From Halorarum halobium (lineage in GTDB: Archaea > Halobacteriota > Halobacteria > Halobacteriales > Haloferacaceae), in NCBI RefSeq assembly GCF_032116555.1, contig NZ_CP134949.1, positions 2,976,001 to 3,040,000 of the forward strand: a DNA stretch of 64,000 nt. The letters run 5' to 3'. Below the pieces are notes generated by a model. That model searched no databases, was not told the origin of the DNA, and worked only from the letters and a program-made list of their open reading frames with translations. Every line of letters starts with the position of its first letter. The first letter of the stretch is position 1. The position numbers and the translations under genes are program-made. This document shows positions 29,438-39,662 of the stretch, piece by piece.

Positions 29438-30250
29438 GTGGCGACGCTCTCGAACCACGTCCCCGACCCGCGGCTCATCACCGCGTTCGCGGAGCGCCGC
29501 GACGGGCCGCTCCACCGCGTCAACCCCTGGACGAAGGTCGGCATCGTCGGCGCGCTCGTCCTCGCGGTCACGGCGTTCGACCGGCTCGTGCTGCTGGCCG
29601 GACTCTACGGCGTCGTGCTGCTCGTGTACGGCCTCGCTGGCCTCCCGTTTCGACGGCTGGCCGGCTGGTACTCGCTCCCGCTCCTGTTCGTCGTCTCGGT
29701 CGCCGGGCCGCTGGCGTTCCTCGAACCGGGCACGCCGGTCGGCGGCGCGCTCTCGACGCCGCTCGGCGACCTCTCGGTCACCTGGGCGGGGCTCGTGCTC
29801 TTTGCCGAACTCGGCTGTCGGTCGCTCGTCGTCGTCACGTTCACGCTGACGGCCTCGATGACCACGAAATACACCGACGTCGCGTCCGTGCTCGGGCGAC
29901 TGCTCCCCCGACCGATCGACCAGATCGCGCTGCTCACCTACCGGTTCACGTTCGTGCTGCTCGAGACGCTCGAGGACCTGGTGAAGGCCGCGCGCTCCCG
30001 GGGAGCGAGCCTCTCGGAGTTCTGGTCGAACAAGCGACTGTACGCGAGAATCCTCGGGATGACGATGCTGTCGGCGATCGAGCGGTCCGAACGGCTCGTC
30101 AAGTCCATGGATGCCAGAGGGTACGACGGCGACGTCACGCTGTACGGGGACGTCCCGCGGCCACCCGTCCACGAACTGGCCGTCGTCGTCGGGTCGTACG
30201 TCGCCGTCGTCGGCTACGCAGCCGTCGCGGTCCACGGGGTGGGCCCGTGA
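29438..30250 (+). CDS. cbiQ: ECF transporter transmembrane component
   Basis: LHRVNPWTK, LTYRF, ARSRG and MDARG motifs; GTG start. Confidence 0.9.
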   Translation: MATLSNHVPDPRLITAFAERRDGPLHRVNPWTKVGIVGALVLAVTAFDRLVLLAGLYGVVLLVYGLAGLPFRRLAGWYSLPLLFVVSVAGPLAFLEPGTPVGGALSTPLGDLSVTWAGLVLFAELGCRSLVVVTFTLTASMTTKYTDVASVLGRLLPRPIDQIALLTYRFTFVLLETLEDLVKAARSRGASLSEFWSNKRLYARILGMTMLSAIERSERLVKSMDARGYDGDVTLYGDVPRPPVHELAVVVGSYVAVVGYAAVAVHGVGP

Positions 30251-31122
30251 GCCGGGACGGGGCTCCGCTCGTCGACCTCCAGTGTGGGGCCCATACGTAC
30301 CCCGACGGCACCGTCGGAATGCACGACGTCGAGTTCAGCGTCTCCCCCGACGAGGTCGTCGCGCTCGTCGGCGGCAACGGCGCGGGCAAGTCGACGCTGC
30401 TCGAACACCTGAACGCGACGCTCGTCCCCGACGACGGCGACCTCGTCGTCGACGGCACGCCGATCAGCGAGGACACCAAGGCACACGCGCGGACGGAAGT
30501 CGGCTTCGTCTTCCAGGACGCTGATACGCAACTCGTCGCGCCCACGGTCCTCGACGACGTGCTGTTCGGCCTCCGGAACCACGGCGTCCCGGGCGAGCAA
30601 GCGGAGCGGCGCGCCCGGGAGGCGCTCGCGACCGTCGACGCGAGCCACCTCGAGGAGCGGATCCCGCACTACCTGAGCGGCGGGGAGAAACGCCTCGTCG
30701 GACTCGCCGGGGTGCTCGTCCTCGAACCGAGCGTCGTCGTCCTCGACGAGCCGCTCGCGGGGCTCGACCCCGAACGGTCGCACCTGGTCGCCAAGCGGAT
30801 CCGAGCGATTCACGAGGAGGGCATCAGCGTCGTCCTGTCGACCCACGATCTCGATTTCGCCGCCGAGGTCGCCGACCGGGTCTGCGTGATGGCCGACGGC
30901 ACCGTCGTCGGCGACGGGACGCCGCGTGAGGTGTTCTACGACGACGCGCTGCTGGCGGAGGCGAACCTCCACCCGCCGAGCGCAGTCCGCGTGGCGCGCG
31001 AAGCGGGGCTGGGAGCGACCGCACGACCAGTGACGGAAGCTGATGTCGTGGCGCTGCTCACCGAACCTGGTCGTTCGGAGACCGTGGAGGCCCCTCCACT
31101 CGACGGCAGCGGACGCGACTGA
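30247..31122 (+). CDS. cbiO: ECF transporter ATP-binding protein
   Basis: GGNGAGKST, VFQDADTQL, LSGGEK, LDEP; GTGA overlap with cbiQ. Confidence 0.92.
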   Translation: MSRDGAPLVDLQCGAHTYPDGTVGMHDVEFSVSPDEVVALVGGNGAGKSTLLEHLNATLVPDDGDLVVDGTPISEDTKAHARTEVGFVFQDADTQLVAPTVLDDVLFGLRNHGVPGEQAERRAREALATVDASHLEERIPHYLSGGEKRLVGLAGVLVLEPSVVVLDEPLAGLDPERSHLVAKRIRAIHEEGISVVLSTHDLDFAAEVADRVCVMADGTVVGDGTPREVFYDDALLAEANLHPPSAVRVAREAGLGATARPVTEADVVALLTEPGRSETVEAPPLDGSGRD

Positions 31123-31310
31123 GGGCGTTCCTCGACACCTCGCGTGGGTGGGAACCGGGTCGACGCCGGCCGGCCGGCGACTGTCACGCTCACGGGTCGA
31201 ACTGAGTCGAGGAGTACCGACCCGACCACCGGCGTGAGAATCCGTCGAGGCGTCGAGCCCGGTCGCCGGGAGAGCGGCCGCAAATCGCCGTCGGACCGAA
31301 GCGACCGGGA

Positions 31311-32276
31311 CTAGATCGTCTCGGTAAGCTCCCGGGCGACCGTCTCGATCCCCTCGGTCGCTCTGTCGACCGTGTCGGTCATGCTCAGGAAGTCGTGGGT
31401 CATCCCCTCGTAGTGGTGATGTGAGACCGGCACGGCTTCGGATTTGAGCCGCTGTGCGTACTCGAACGCCTCGTCCCTGAGCGGATCGAACTCCGCGCTG
31501 ACGATCGTCGCCGGCGGGAGGTTCGAGTGATCGTGGGCGACCAGCGGGAAGGCGTACGCGTTGCGTCCGTCGACGGGGTCGGCGATGTACTCGTCGTAGA
31601 ACCGCTCCAGGCTCGCCGTCGTGAGCGTGTACCCCTCGGCGTACGTCGAGTAGCTTTCGAGCCGGTCGAGCCGCACCGGGTTCACCACGGGGTACATGAG
31701 GGTCTGGTGGGCGATGGACGGCCCGCCGCGGTCCCGCGCGAGCAGCGTGACGGCCGCGGCGAGGTTGCCGCCCGCCGAGGTCCCCGCGACCGCCAACCGG
31801 TCGGGGTCGCCGCCGACCTCATCGGCGTGGTTCGAGAGCCACTCGGTCGCCGCATAACAGTCCCTCGGCGCGGCGGGGAACGGGTGTTCGGGCGCTCGCC
31901 GATACTCACACGAGGCGACGAGACAGCCCGTCTCCCTGGCGAGCCGGGAGCAGAGGTGGTCGTAGCAGTCGAGGTCGCCCAGCACCCAGCCCCCGCCGTG
32001 AAAGAAGGCGAGGATCGGGCGTGGGGACTCCCCCTCGGGCGTGTACGTCCGGATCGTGATGTCGCCCGCCGGCCCGGGAACCGAGAACTCACGGACGGCG
32101 TCCACGTCCGCGAGAGACTGGGCCAGCATCGTCTCCCGAAACTGCCGGCGCGCAGTTTCGACCGAGGAGGCGTGTGAGCCGGGGATTCCGTTCACTGACT
32201 GTTCGTCGATCGTCTCTCGTACCTGTGGGTCGATGGTCATCGTACTCGGGTTCGGCTGTCGTTCGATCCAGGTCAT
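31311..32276 (-). CDS. HSL-family alpha/beta hydrolase (esterase/lipase)
   Basis: HGGGW, GTSAGG nucleophile elbow, DPLRD, HDF. Confidence 0.93.
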   Translation of the reverse strand: MTWIERQPNPSTMTIDPQVRETIDEQSVNGIPGSHASSVETARRQFRETMLAQSLADVDAVREFSVPGPAGDITIRTYTPEGESPRPILAFFHGGGWVLGDLDCYDHLCSRLARETGCLVASCEYRRAPEHPFPAAPRDCYAATEWLSNHADEVGGDPDRLAVAGTSAGGNLAAAVTLLARDRGGPSIAHQTLMYPVVNPVRLDRLESYSTYAEGYTLTTASLERFYDEYIADPVDGRNAYAFPLVAHDHSNLPPATIVSAEFDPLRDEAFEYAQRLKSEAVPVSHHHYEGMTHDFLSMTDTVDRATEGIETVARELTETI

Positions 32277-32800
32277 TGCTCGCTCCCACCACCGGTTTCG
32301 GGCACGATCTCGAACTCCCGCCGGGCACTCGGTCGTGGACCGGCCGTCGCCGTGACTTCGACGCCGAGGGTGTGTGTGCCGGGGTCCACCGGAAGGAACG
32401 GGGCCGACTCAGTCGCTCGGATTCGCCCGTTCCAGATCCGGGTGATCTCCTTCCGCTCGAACGCCGAAAACGAGAGCGAGCCGCCCGCCTCCGACAGGCT
32501 CCCGTCGGGATCCGGCTCCGTCGCGTCCGCGTCGTGAACGCCGTCGAGCTGCCAGTACCAGGGTCGAACCGTCGTGGGGACGGTGATCGGGACCGGCAGC
32601 CAGTTTCTGAGTTCGACGCGAAACTCCATCCGCCGGTCCCGTTCGACCTCCGGCGGGGTTTCGACCGACACGCTCACGGCGCGTGTCCGGACGCTCGGCG
32701 GGACAAGCCCGGACACGAGCTTCGAGAGCCATCCCCGAACGGTCGGCCGCTCGTCCCGGTCGTTTCGGCGCTTCGGAGCGGAGGCTGATGGTCCTGACAT
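32273..32800 (-). CDS. Hypothetical protein (beta-rich) within the ABC operon
   Basis: Co-oriented, 3 nt after the ATPase stop, ATGA overlap with the esterase; FRVELRNWLPVPITVPT...WNGR. Confidence 0.75.
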   Translation of the reverse strand: MSGPSASAPKRRNDRDERPTVRGWLSKLVSGLVPPSVRTRAVSVSVETPPEVERDRRMEFRVELRNWLPVPITVPTTVRPWYWQLDGVHDADATEPDPDGSLSEAGGSLSFSAFERKEITRIWNGRIRATESAPFLPVDPGTHTLGVEVTATAGPRPSARREFEIVPETGGGSEQ

Positions 32801-32803
32801 GGT

Positions 32804-33853
32804 TCAGATTTCGAACCGTTCCATCTCGAACTCCCGTTCCATCAGGTGACAGGCCCCGAGGTGGGTGGAGTCGGTTCCGTTCGGCGTCGGCCTGAGCGAC
32901 GGTTCCTCGACCCGGCACTCCTCCTCAATGGCGACCGGGCAGCGCGTGTGAAACCGGCAGCCGTCCGGCGGATCCTCCGGGGAGGGGACCGTTCCGGTGA
33001 GGTTGATCTTTCGGGTCCTCGTCGTCGGGTCCGGCTTCGGCACCGACGAGAGGAGCGAGATCGTGTACGGGTGCGTCGCCTCCTGATAGATCGCTTCCGT
33101 CGGGCCCATCTCCACGAGCTTGCCGAGATACATGACCCCGATCCTGTCGGCCATGTATCTGATCACGCTGAGGTCGTGTGAGATGAAGAGATACGAGACG
33201 TCGGTCTCCTCCTGCAGATCCTTGAGGAGGTTGAGGATCTGGCCCTGGACCGAGACGTCGAGGGCGCTCGTCGGTTCGTCGAGGACGATGAACGACGGGT
33301 CGAGCGCCAGCGCGCGGGCGATGGCGATGCGCTGCTGTTGTCCCCCGGAGAACTCGTGGGGATACCGGTCGTAGTGTGCCGGGGAGAGCCCGACCCGTTG
33401 CAACAGGCTCGAAACGCGCTCTTGCTGCTCCTTCTCGTCCCCGATCCCGTGAATCTTCAACGGACGACGGATCGCTTCCCCGACCGTCCTGCGGGGGTTC
33501 AGGGACGACTGGGGGTCCTGAAACACGATCTGTATCTCGCTGCGGATCGCCGACTCGTCGGTCTCCGGGTCGACGATGTCGATCCACTCGCCGTCCTTCC
33601 TGTACTCGGCGCTGCCTGCCGTGGCCGGGAGGAGGTTCAACAGCGTCTGTGCGACCGTCGACTTCCCGCAGCCGGACTCGCCGACGAGTCCGACCGTTTC
33701 ACCCCTGTTGACGTCGAAGGAGAGCCCGTCGACGGCTTTCGCCGACCGGGATGCGTCCCCGAGCAGCCGATTCATCGCTCGCGAGAACATCCCGTCGTCC
33801 TCGCCGTAGTACTTCTTCAGGCCGTCGACGCGAAGGATCGCGTCGTCGGTCAT
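32804..33853 (-). CDS. dppF: Oligopeptide/dipeptide ABC transporter ATP-binding protein
   Basis: GESGCGKST, FSGGQ, LDEPT, GCRFHTRC; start MTDDAIL. Confidence 0.93.
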   Translation of the reverse strand: MTDDAILRVDGLKKYYGEDDGMFSRAMNRLLGDASRSAKAVDGLSFDVNRGETVGLVGESGCGKSTVAQTLLNLLPATAGSAEYRKDGEWIDIVDPETDESAIRSEIQIVFQDPQSSLNPRRTVGEAIRRPLKIHGIGDEKEQQERVSSLLQRVGLSPAHYDRYPHEFSGGQQQRIAIARALALDPSFIVLDEPTSALDVSVQGQILNLLKDLQEETDVSYLFISHDLSVIRYMADRIGVMYLGKLVEMGPTEAIYQEATHPYTISLLSSVPKPDPTTRTRKINLTGTVPSPEDPPDGCRFHTRCPVAIEEECRVEEPSLRPTPNGTDSTHLGACHLMEREFEMERFEI

Positions 33854-34884
33854 TCGTCGACCTCCACGTCGTCGACGTAGCGATAGCACGCGTTCGCCCG
33901 ATCCCCCCGCTCGACGAGGGGCGGTTCGGCCTGCCGACACTCCTCCACCGCGTACTTGCACCGGGGGTGGAACGCACAGCCCGACGGGAGGTTCTCCGCG
34001 TCGGGCATCTGTCCCGGAATCGGGTCGATCCGTTCGCCGGGTTCCACGTGGGCGGGGATGCTCTCCAGGAGGCCCTCCGTGTACGGGTGGTGGGGGTCGG
34101 TGAACAGGTCGATGACGGGCGCCTTCTCGACGATCTGACCGGCGTACATGACGATCGCGCGGTCACAGAGCTCCGCGACGACGCTCAGGTCGTGGGTGAT
34201 GAAGATGACCGCCGTGTCGAACTCCTCTGAGAGCTCCGAGATCAGCCGTAGGATCTGTGCCTCGGTCGTCACGTCGAGTGCCGTCGTCGGCTCGTCGGCG
34301 ACGAGGACGTCGGGGTCACACGAGAGCGCGATGGCGATGAGGACCCGCTGTTTCATCCCGCCGGAGAACTCGTGCGGGTAGTCGTCGTAGCGCCCGGACG
34401 GGTCCGCGATGCCGACTCTGTCCAGCATCTCGATGGCCCGCTCGCGCGCCGACGCCTTCTTCGGCTCCCGATGGATCCGGATGGCTTCCGCGATCTGTTC
34501 CCCGACCGTGTGGACGGGATTGAGATACGTCTGCGGGTCCTGGAAGATCATCGAGATGGAGCCGCCGCGCAACTCCTGGAGTTCCGACGTCGAGTACGAG
34601 CGGACGTCCTCGCCCCGAAAGCGGATCTCCCCGTTCGTGATCCGGCCGGGGCTGTCGACGAGCCGCAGGATCGACTGTGCGGTCACCGACTTGCCGGCCC
34701 CGGACTCGCCGACGATTCCGACCGTCTCGCCCGGTGACACGCCGAAGGAAACCCCGTTCACCGCCTTCACGGACCCTTCTTCCGTGAAGAACCGGACCTC
34801 GAGGTCCTCCACCTCGAGGAGCGGGCTCGACGGGTCCGAACCCGCGCGAGCGTCGCCCGCGCCGGTGGCTGGGACGTCGGGCAT
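33850..34884 (-). CDS. dppD: Oligopeptide/dipeptide ABC transporter ATP-binding protein
   Basis: GESGAGKS, FSGGM, ADEPT, GCAFHPRC. Confidence 0.93.
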   Translation of the reverse strand: MPDVPATGAGDARAGSDPSSPLLEVEDLEVRFFTEEGSVKAVNGVSFGVSPGETVGIVGESGAGKSVTAQSILRLVDSPGRITNGEIRFRGEDVRSYSTSELQELRGGSISMIFQDPQTYLNPVHTVGEQIAEAIRIHREPKKASARERAIEMLDRVGIADPSGRYDDYPHEFSGGMKQRVLIAIALSCDPDVLVADEPTTALDVTTEAQILRLISELSEEFDTAVIFITHDLSVVAELCDRAIVMYAGQIVEKAPVIDLFTDPHHPYTEGLLESIPAHVEPGERIDPIPGQMPDAENLPSGCAFHPRCKYAVEECRQAEPPLVERGDRANACYRYVDDVEVDE

Positions 34885-35847
34885 CTACAGCGACCTCCGC
34901 TGGCTCGTGCTCTCACGCGGGTCCAGGACGTCACGGAGCACGTCGCCGAACAGGTTGAACCCCATGACGGTGATGAAGATGGCGACGCCGGGGAACAGCG
35001 AGAGCCACCAGGCGGACTGCACGTACGAGCGGCCCGTCGCGAGCATCATTCCCCACGAGGACGTCGGCGGCTGCGGTCCCAGTCCGAGGAAGGAGAGCCC
35101 CGCTTCGGCGATGATCACGCCGCCGATCCCGAGGGTCGCCTGCACGATCACCGGGTAGATCGTGTTCGGAAGGATGTCCCCCATCATGATCTGTCGGTTG
35201 CTCGCGCCGATCGATTTCGCGGCCTTGACGTAGTCCCGCTCGCGGACCGAGAGGACTTCCCCCCGGATGAGCCTCGTGTAGGTTACCCATCCCTGTATCG
35301 CGAGCGCAATGATAACGTTTGTGATGCTTGGCCCCAGGATGCCCGTCACGGCGATCGCCAGGATGATCCCGGGGAACGCCAGCAGCACGTCGACGATGCG
35401 CATGATGACGTCGTCGACGATGCCGCCGCTGTAGCCCGCGACCAGTCCGAACGTGACGCCGATGACGACGCTGATGGAGACGGCGATGACGCCGACCTGG
35501 AGGCTGATGAGCGTCCCGTAGAGTACCCGGGAGAGGACGTCACGGCCGAGGTTGTCCGTTCCGAACGGGTGGGCGAGGCTGGGGCCGGCGAGCTGTGCGG
35601 TCGCGTCGAGCGCCCGGGGGTCATACAGCAGCATGGAGACGAGCGTCCGGCCCAGGAGATACTTGTCGACCGCGACCACCAGCGCCAGCAGGCTGACGGC
35701 GACGATGATGGCCGTCCCGTAGAGCCCCCCGCGGTTCCGGAGGGTCGCGGCCACGATCCGTTTCTTGTCGTCCGTCGGCGATATCTCCTCGACGGAGGGA
35801 CTGTCCTGGACGGCTGATTCCGTGGTAGTGGTATTTTCAGATGACAT
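34885..35847 (-). CDS. dppC: Oligopeptide/dipeptide ABC transporter permease
   Basis: HPFGTDNLGRD, YVKAAKSIGA, EAGLSFLGLG. Confidence 0.93.
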   Translation of the reverse strand: MSSENTTTTESAVQDSPSVEEISPTDDKKRIVAATLRNRGGLYGTAIIVAVSLLALVVAVDKYLLGRTLVSMLLYDPRALDATAQLAGPSLAHPFGTDNLGRDVLSRVLYGTLISLQVGVIAVSISVVIGVTFGLVAGYSGGIVDDVIMRIVDVLLAFPGIILAIAVTGILGPSITNVIIALAIQGWVTYTRLIRGEVLSVRERDYVKAAKSIGASNRQIMMGDILPNTIYPVIVQATLGIGGVIIAEAGLSFLGLGPQPPTSSWGMMLATGRSYVQSAWWLSLFPGVAIFITVMGFNLFGDVLRDVLDPRESTSQRRSL

Positions 35848-35848
35848 G

Positions 35849-36802
35849 TTAGTACTCGATCCGCGGATCGATGAGCGCGTACAGCAGGTCCACCCCGAGG
35901 TTCACCAGCACGAAGATGAGCGCGTAGACGAGGACCGCCCCCTGCACGACCGGGAAGTCACGGCTGAATATCGAGTTCACGACGAGCTGGCCCATCCCCG
36001 GGAGCGCGAAGACGACTTCGATGAGGACGCTTCCCCCGAGGAGAAATCCGAGCTGGAGGCCCACGATCGTCGTGACCGGGATCAGCGCGTTCCGGAGCGC
36101 GTGTCCGGTGATCACCTGCCGCTTCCCGACGCCCTTCGCGCGGGCGGTCTTGAGGTAATCCTCGTTGAGCGTCTCCAGCATCGACGAACGCATGATCCTG
36201 GTGACGATCGCCGCGAGCGCAGTTCCGAGCGTGATCGACGGGAGAATGAGGTGACGGACCCAGCCGACGACCGAGTCTGACAGGTTCACGTAGCCGTAGA
36301 TCGGAAGCAGGTCCAGCCAGACGCTCACGACGAGGATGAGAAGGATCCCGAGCCAGAAGTTCGGCATCGAGACGCCCCAGAACGCGAACGTCCGGGCGGC
36401 CGAATCCGCCCACTCGTCCTTCTCGACCGCGCTGATGATCCCGGCGGGAATGCTGATCGAAAGGCTCACCAACAGCGAACCGATCGCGAGCGACGCGCTG
36501 ACGGGAAGCTTCGTGAGTATCAGTGAGAGTACAGGAACTCCCTGAACGATGCTCTCTCCGAGCTCCAGCTGGAGTACGTTTGTCACCCAGGTGAGGTACT
36601 GAACTGTAAGCGGTTCGTCAAGCCCGTACTGGGCCCGCAGTTGCGCGACCCGCTCCGGCGTGGCTTCCGCTCCGTAGATCGCGTACGCCGGCCCGCCCGG
36701 AGCGAGATGGATGAACAGAAACGTAATTACGCTTACCCCAAACAGCACCGGTATCAGGTGGAAAAACCGTTTGATCGCGTACCGTTGGAGGGAACTCACC
36801 AT
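35849..36802 (-). CDS. dppB: Oligopeptide/dipeptide ABC transporter permease
   Basis: YGLDEPLTVQY, TARAKG, HALRNA, DPRI. Confidence 0.93.
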   Translation of the reverse strand: MVSSLQRYAIKRFFHLIPVLFGVSVITFLFIHLAPGGPAYAIYGAEATPERVAQLRAQYGLDEPLTVQYLTWVTNVLQLELGESIVQGVPVLSLILTKLPVSASLAIGSLLVSLSISIPAGIISAVEKDEWADSAARTFAFWGVSMPNFWLGILLILVVSVWLDLLPIYGYVNLSDSVVGWVRHLILPSITLGTALAAIVTRIMRSSMLETLNEDYLKTARAKGVGKRQVITGHALRNALIPVTTIVGLQLGFLLGGSVLIEVVFALPGMGQLVVNSIFSRDFPVVQGAVLVYALIFVLVNLGVDLLYALIDPRIEY

Positions 36803-36820
36803 TATCTTAGCTGTTTTGAA

Positions 36821-38458
36821 TCATTCGTCCTGGTCGATCCAGACCGTCGACGGCGTGGGGAAATACCCGGTCGGGCTCACGGGAACGACCCCGTTCACTT
36901 CATCGAAGTGAGAGACGTATATCTTCGCGGCTCCGTACCAGACCATGGGATGTGCGTTGAATATCAGTTCCTCGACCTGTTTGTACTTCTCCGCGCGCTC
37001 CTCACGATCCGGCGTGACGACCGCCTCGTCGAGGAGCCGGTCGATCTCGGGGTCGGTATAATTTGTCATGGTGTTGTACGTACCCTCCGAGTGGAACATG
37101 ATGTTCAGGTTTCCGTATGGGTCCAGTGCCCCGCCACCGCCCCAGTGCCCGTTGTACATCTGGAAGTTGCCATTATTCACGTGCTCCAGGACCGTCGCGA
37201 CCTCCAGCACCTCGATCTCGGCGTTGATCCCGACCTGGCTGAGCTGGTCCTGTGCGACGGTCGTCACCTGGCGACGCCACGGCTGTGAGTTCCACACCTT
37301 GACCGTGAAGTCGAACCCGTCCGGCCGTCCCGCCTCCTCGAGCAGCGATCGCGCGCGCTCCGGGTCGTACTCCGGTTCAAGCTCGTTGTTACTTCCCCAG
37401 TTCGCGTCGGGGAGCGGGCCGGTGAGGTCCTGGAGCGCCGACGTGAACCCGCGGATCGCCTCGTTGTCGATCGCGTAGTAGACCGCCTCGCGGACGAGCG
37501 GGTCGTCGAACGGCTCCTCGTCCGTGTTCATCGCGAAGAAATCGATCGTGTTCGACTTCCCCAGGGAGTTCGCGACCTCGTGATCGGAGCTCTCCCGGAG
37601 GCTATCCAGGCTGTCGGCGGGGATGCTGTGGAGGTAGTTCCCCTCGTCCTGGTAGGCCTGAACCATCGTCGAGGGCTCCGGGACGGCGCGGAACTGCCAC
37701 GAGTCCAGGTAGGGGAGCTGGTTCCCCTGATCGTCGGTTCGCCAGTAGTCGTCGTTGGCGACGAACGTCAACACGTTGTCCTGGGTGTTCCAGGAGTCGA
37801 ACACGAACGGCCCGGTCCCGACGGGGTTCTTCTGCATCCAGCTGTCGTCCTCCCCCTCCAGGGCCGCCCGGGAGACGAAGTACGCGATGGAGTTCAGGTC
37901 GTCGAGGAACGGCGCGAACGGCTCCTCGAGGTGAATCGTCAGCTCCATGTCCCCGCTCGCTTCCACTTCGTCGATGCCCCCGAGGCTCACGTCGGAGTAA
38001 TCCGAGCGCATCCGATCGAAGTTCCACTTCGCGACCTCGGCGTTCCACTCGCTGCCGTCGTGGAACGTGACCCCCTCCCGAAGCGGGAAGACGTAGGTCG
38101 TGTCGTCGGGGATGTTGATGTCGGTCGCGAGGTCGTGACGCCACTCCAGGTCCTGGTCGTACGTGAACAGCTGATCGTACCCGATGACCATTTCGAGGGT
38201 GCCGAACCCTCTCGTGAAGTGTGGGTCGAGCGACGGTGCGATCTCCGACTGGAAGAACCCGAGTTCCCCGCCCTGCGTGAGCTGGCTCGGGTCCGCGGTC
38301 GTCCGTTGCGGTTCGGTCGTCTGCGTCGGGTCGCTCGGCTCCGACGTGCCGGGATCAGAACTGCCGGAACAGCCTGCGATCCCAGCGATCGAGGCTGATC
38401 CGACCAGCTTACCCAGCGTTCTGCGGTCGATTTTCGTCTCGTCTCTTTGCATGCACAT
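36821..38458 (-). CDS. dppA: Family-5 ABC substrate-binding lipoprotein (Tat)
   Basis: DRRTLG signal and IAGC lipobox; LREGVTFHDG, VGTGPF, VREAVYYAID; start 38458 or 38452. Confidence 0.9.
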   Translation of the reverse strand: MCMQRDETKIDRRTLGKLVGSASIAGIAGCSGSSDPGTSEPSDPTQTTEPQRTTADPSQLTQGGELGFFQSEIAPSLDPHFTRGFGTLEMVIGYDQLFTYDQDLEWRHDLATDINIPDDTTYVFPLREGVTFHDGSEWNAEVAKWNFDRMRSDYSDVSLGGIDEVEASGDMELTIHLEEPFAPFLDDLNSIAYFVSRAALEGEDDSWMQKNPVGTGPFVFDSWNTQDNVLTFVANDDYWRTDDQGNQLPYLDSWQFRAVPEPSTMVQAYQDEGNYLHSIPADSLDSLRESSDHEVANSLGKSNTIDFFAMNTDEEPFDDPLVREAVYYAIDNEAIRGFTSALQDLTGPLPDANWGSNNELEPEYDPERARSLLEEAGRPDGFDFTVKVWNSQPWRRQVTTVAQDQLSQVGINAEIEVLEVATVLEHVNNGNFQMYNGHWGGGGALDPYGNLNIMFHSEGTYNTMTNYTDPEIDRLLDEAVVTPDREERAEKYKQVEELIFNAHPMVWYGAAKIYVSHFDEVNGVVPVSPTGYFPTPSTVWIDQDE

Positions 38459-38763
38459 GGATGCCAAACCCCCCACCTAATAAAAATACCCCATACGACA
38501 ACGGATGTCACACGTGATCGTCCTCTCGACTTACCCGCTCCGAATCGTTCGAAGTACGGAACGTATTTGCCACTTGCACAATCTACATATGTTTCATCGA
38601 CACTTCCGGAAACGATGACGGTTACGTCGGCGAACCACCCCCATCGCTCGTTCCGGAACCCCGTGGCGGGGGTCCCGACGGCCGACCCCCTGTCCGCCGT
38701 CGACGAGCGCGGGGCGCGTGCGGAGGCACGGGCCGCTGATTCCGCGTCGTGGAGGACGGCGGC

Positions 38764-39555
38764 GTGAAGACGCTATCCACGATCGCGGTCCACCCGATCA
38801 AGGCGCTCGATCCGCTCGAGCGTGGCCGCACGGGCATCAGTCGAATCGGCGGGCTCGAGCACGACCGGAAGTACGCCATCGTGGACGACAACGGTGACTA
38901 CGTGAACGGCAAGTCGACCAGTCGCGTCCACCGCATCCGGTCGGAGTACGATGCGGAGGCGGAGACGGTCACGCTCTCGTCCTCGGACTCGGCCGCCCGA
39001 GAGTTCCATCTGGACCGTGACCGAGAGGCGCTCGAGTCCTGGTTCGGCAGCTACTTCGACACGCCGGTGTCGCTCCGCTCGGAGCTCGGGGGCGCGTTGA
39101 CCGACGGCGCCGTCTACGGCGACGGCACGGAGACGGGGCCGACGCTCGTCAGCCGGGCCACCCTCCGTGAAGTGGCGTCGTGGTTCGACGGCATCAGTCC
39201 GGCGGAGATGCGGCTTCGGCTCCGACCGAACCTCGTCGTCGACGGCGTCCCGCCGTTCTGGGAGGACCGACTCACCGCCGGGGACGGGACGGGTATCCGG
39301 ATCGGTGACGTGCGTCTGGAGGGAACCGAGCCCGTTCCCCGCTGTGTCGTTCCGACGCGAGACCCCCACACCGGGGAACGCCACGACGGGTTTCGGACCA
39401 CGCTCGTGGAGAACCGGGAGGAGACGCTCCCCTCGTGGGCACCGCGTGACCAGTTCGACCACTTCTTCAAGCTCATGGTCGGCACGCGTGTTCCGGCCGA
39501 GGAACGGACCGGCGAACTCCGCGTCGGCGATCCGGTCACCGTCGTGGACGGCTGA
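38764..39555 (+). CDS. MOSC domain protein (YcbX/mARC-like)
   Basis: VHPIKAL, GLEHDRKY, RLRPNLVV, PRCVVP, GELRVGD; GTG start. Confidence 0.9.
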   Translation: MKTLSTIAVHPIKALDPLERGRTGISRIGGLEHDRKYAIVDDNGDYVNGKSTSRVHRIRSEYDAEAETVTLSSSDSAAREFHLDRDREALESWFGSYFDTPVSLRSELGGALTDGAVYGDGTETGPTLVSRATLREVASWFDGISPAEMRLRLRPNLVVDGVPPFWEDRLTAGDGTGIRIGDVRLEGTEPVPRCVVPTRDPHTGERHDGFRTTLVENREETLPSWAPRDQFDHFFKLMVGTRVPAEERTGELRVGDPVTVVDG

Positions 39556-39662
39556 GACGGGGAACGCGTGAGCACCGGGACTATCGGTCCCACCGTCACC
39601 GAGGAGTCACCAGGCCAGCGGCCCGTTCGCGTCAGCAGTCCGTCGTTCGAGCGCCGCCGTCC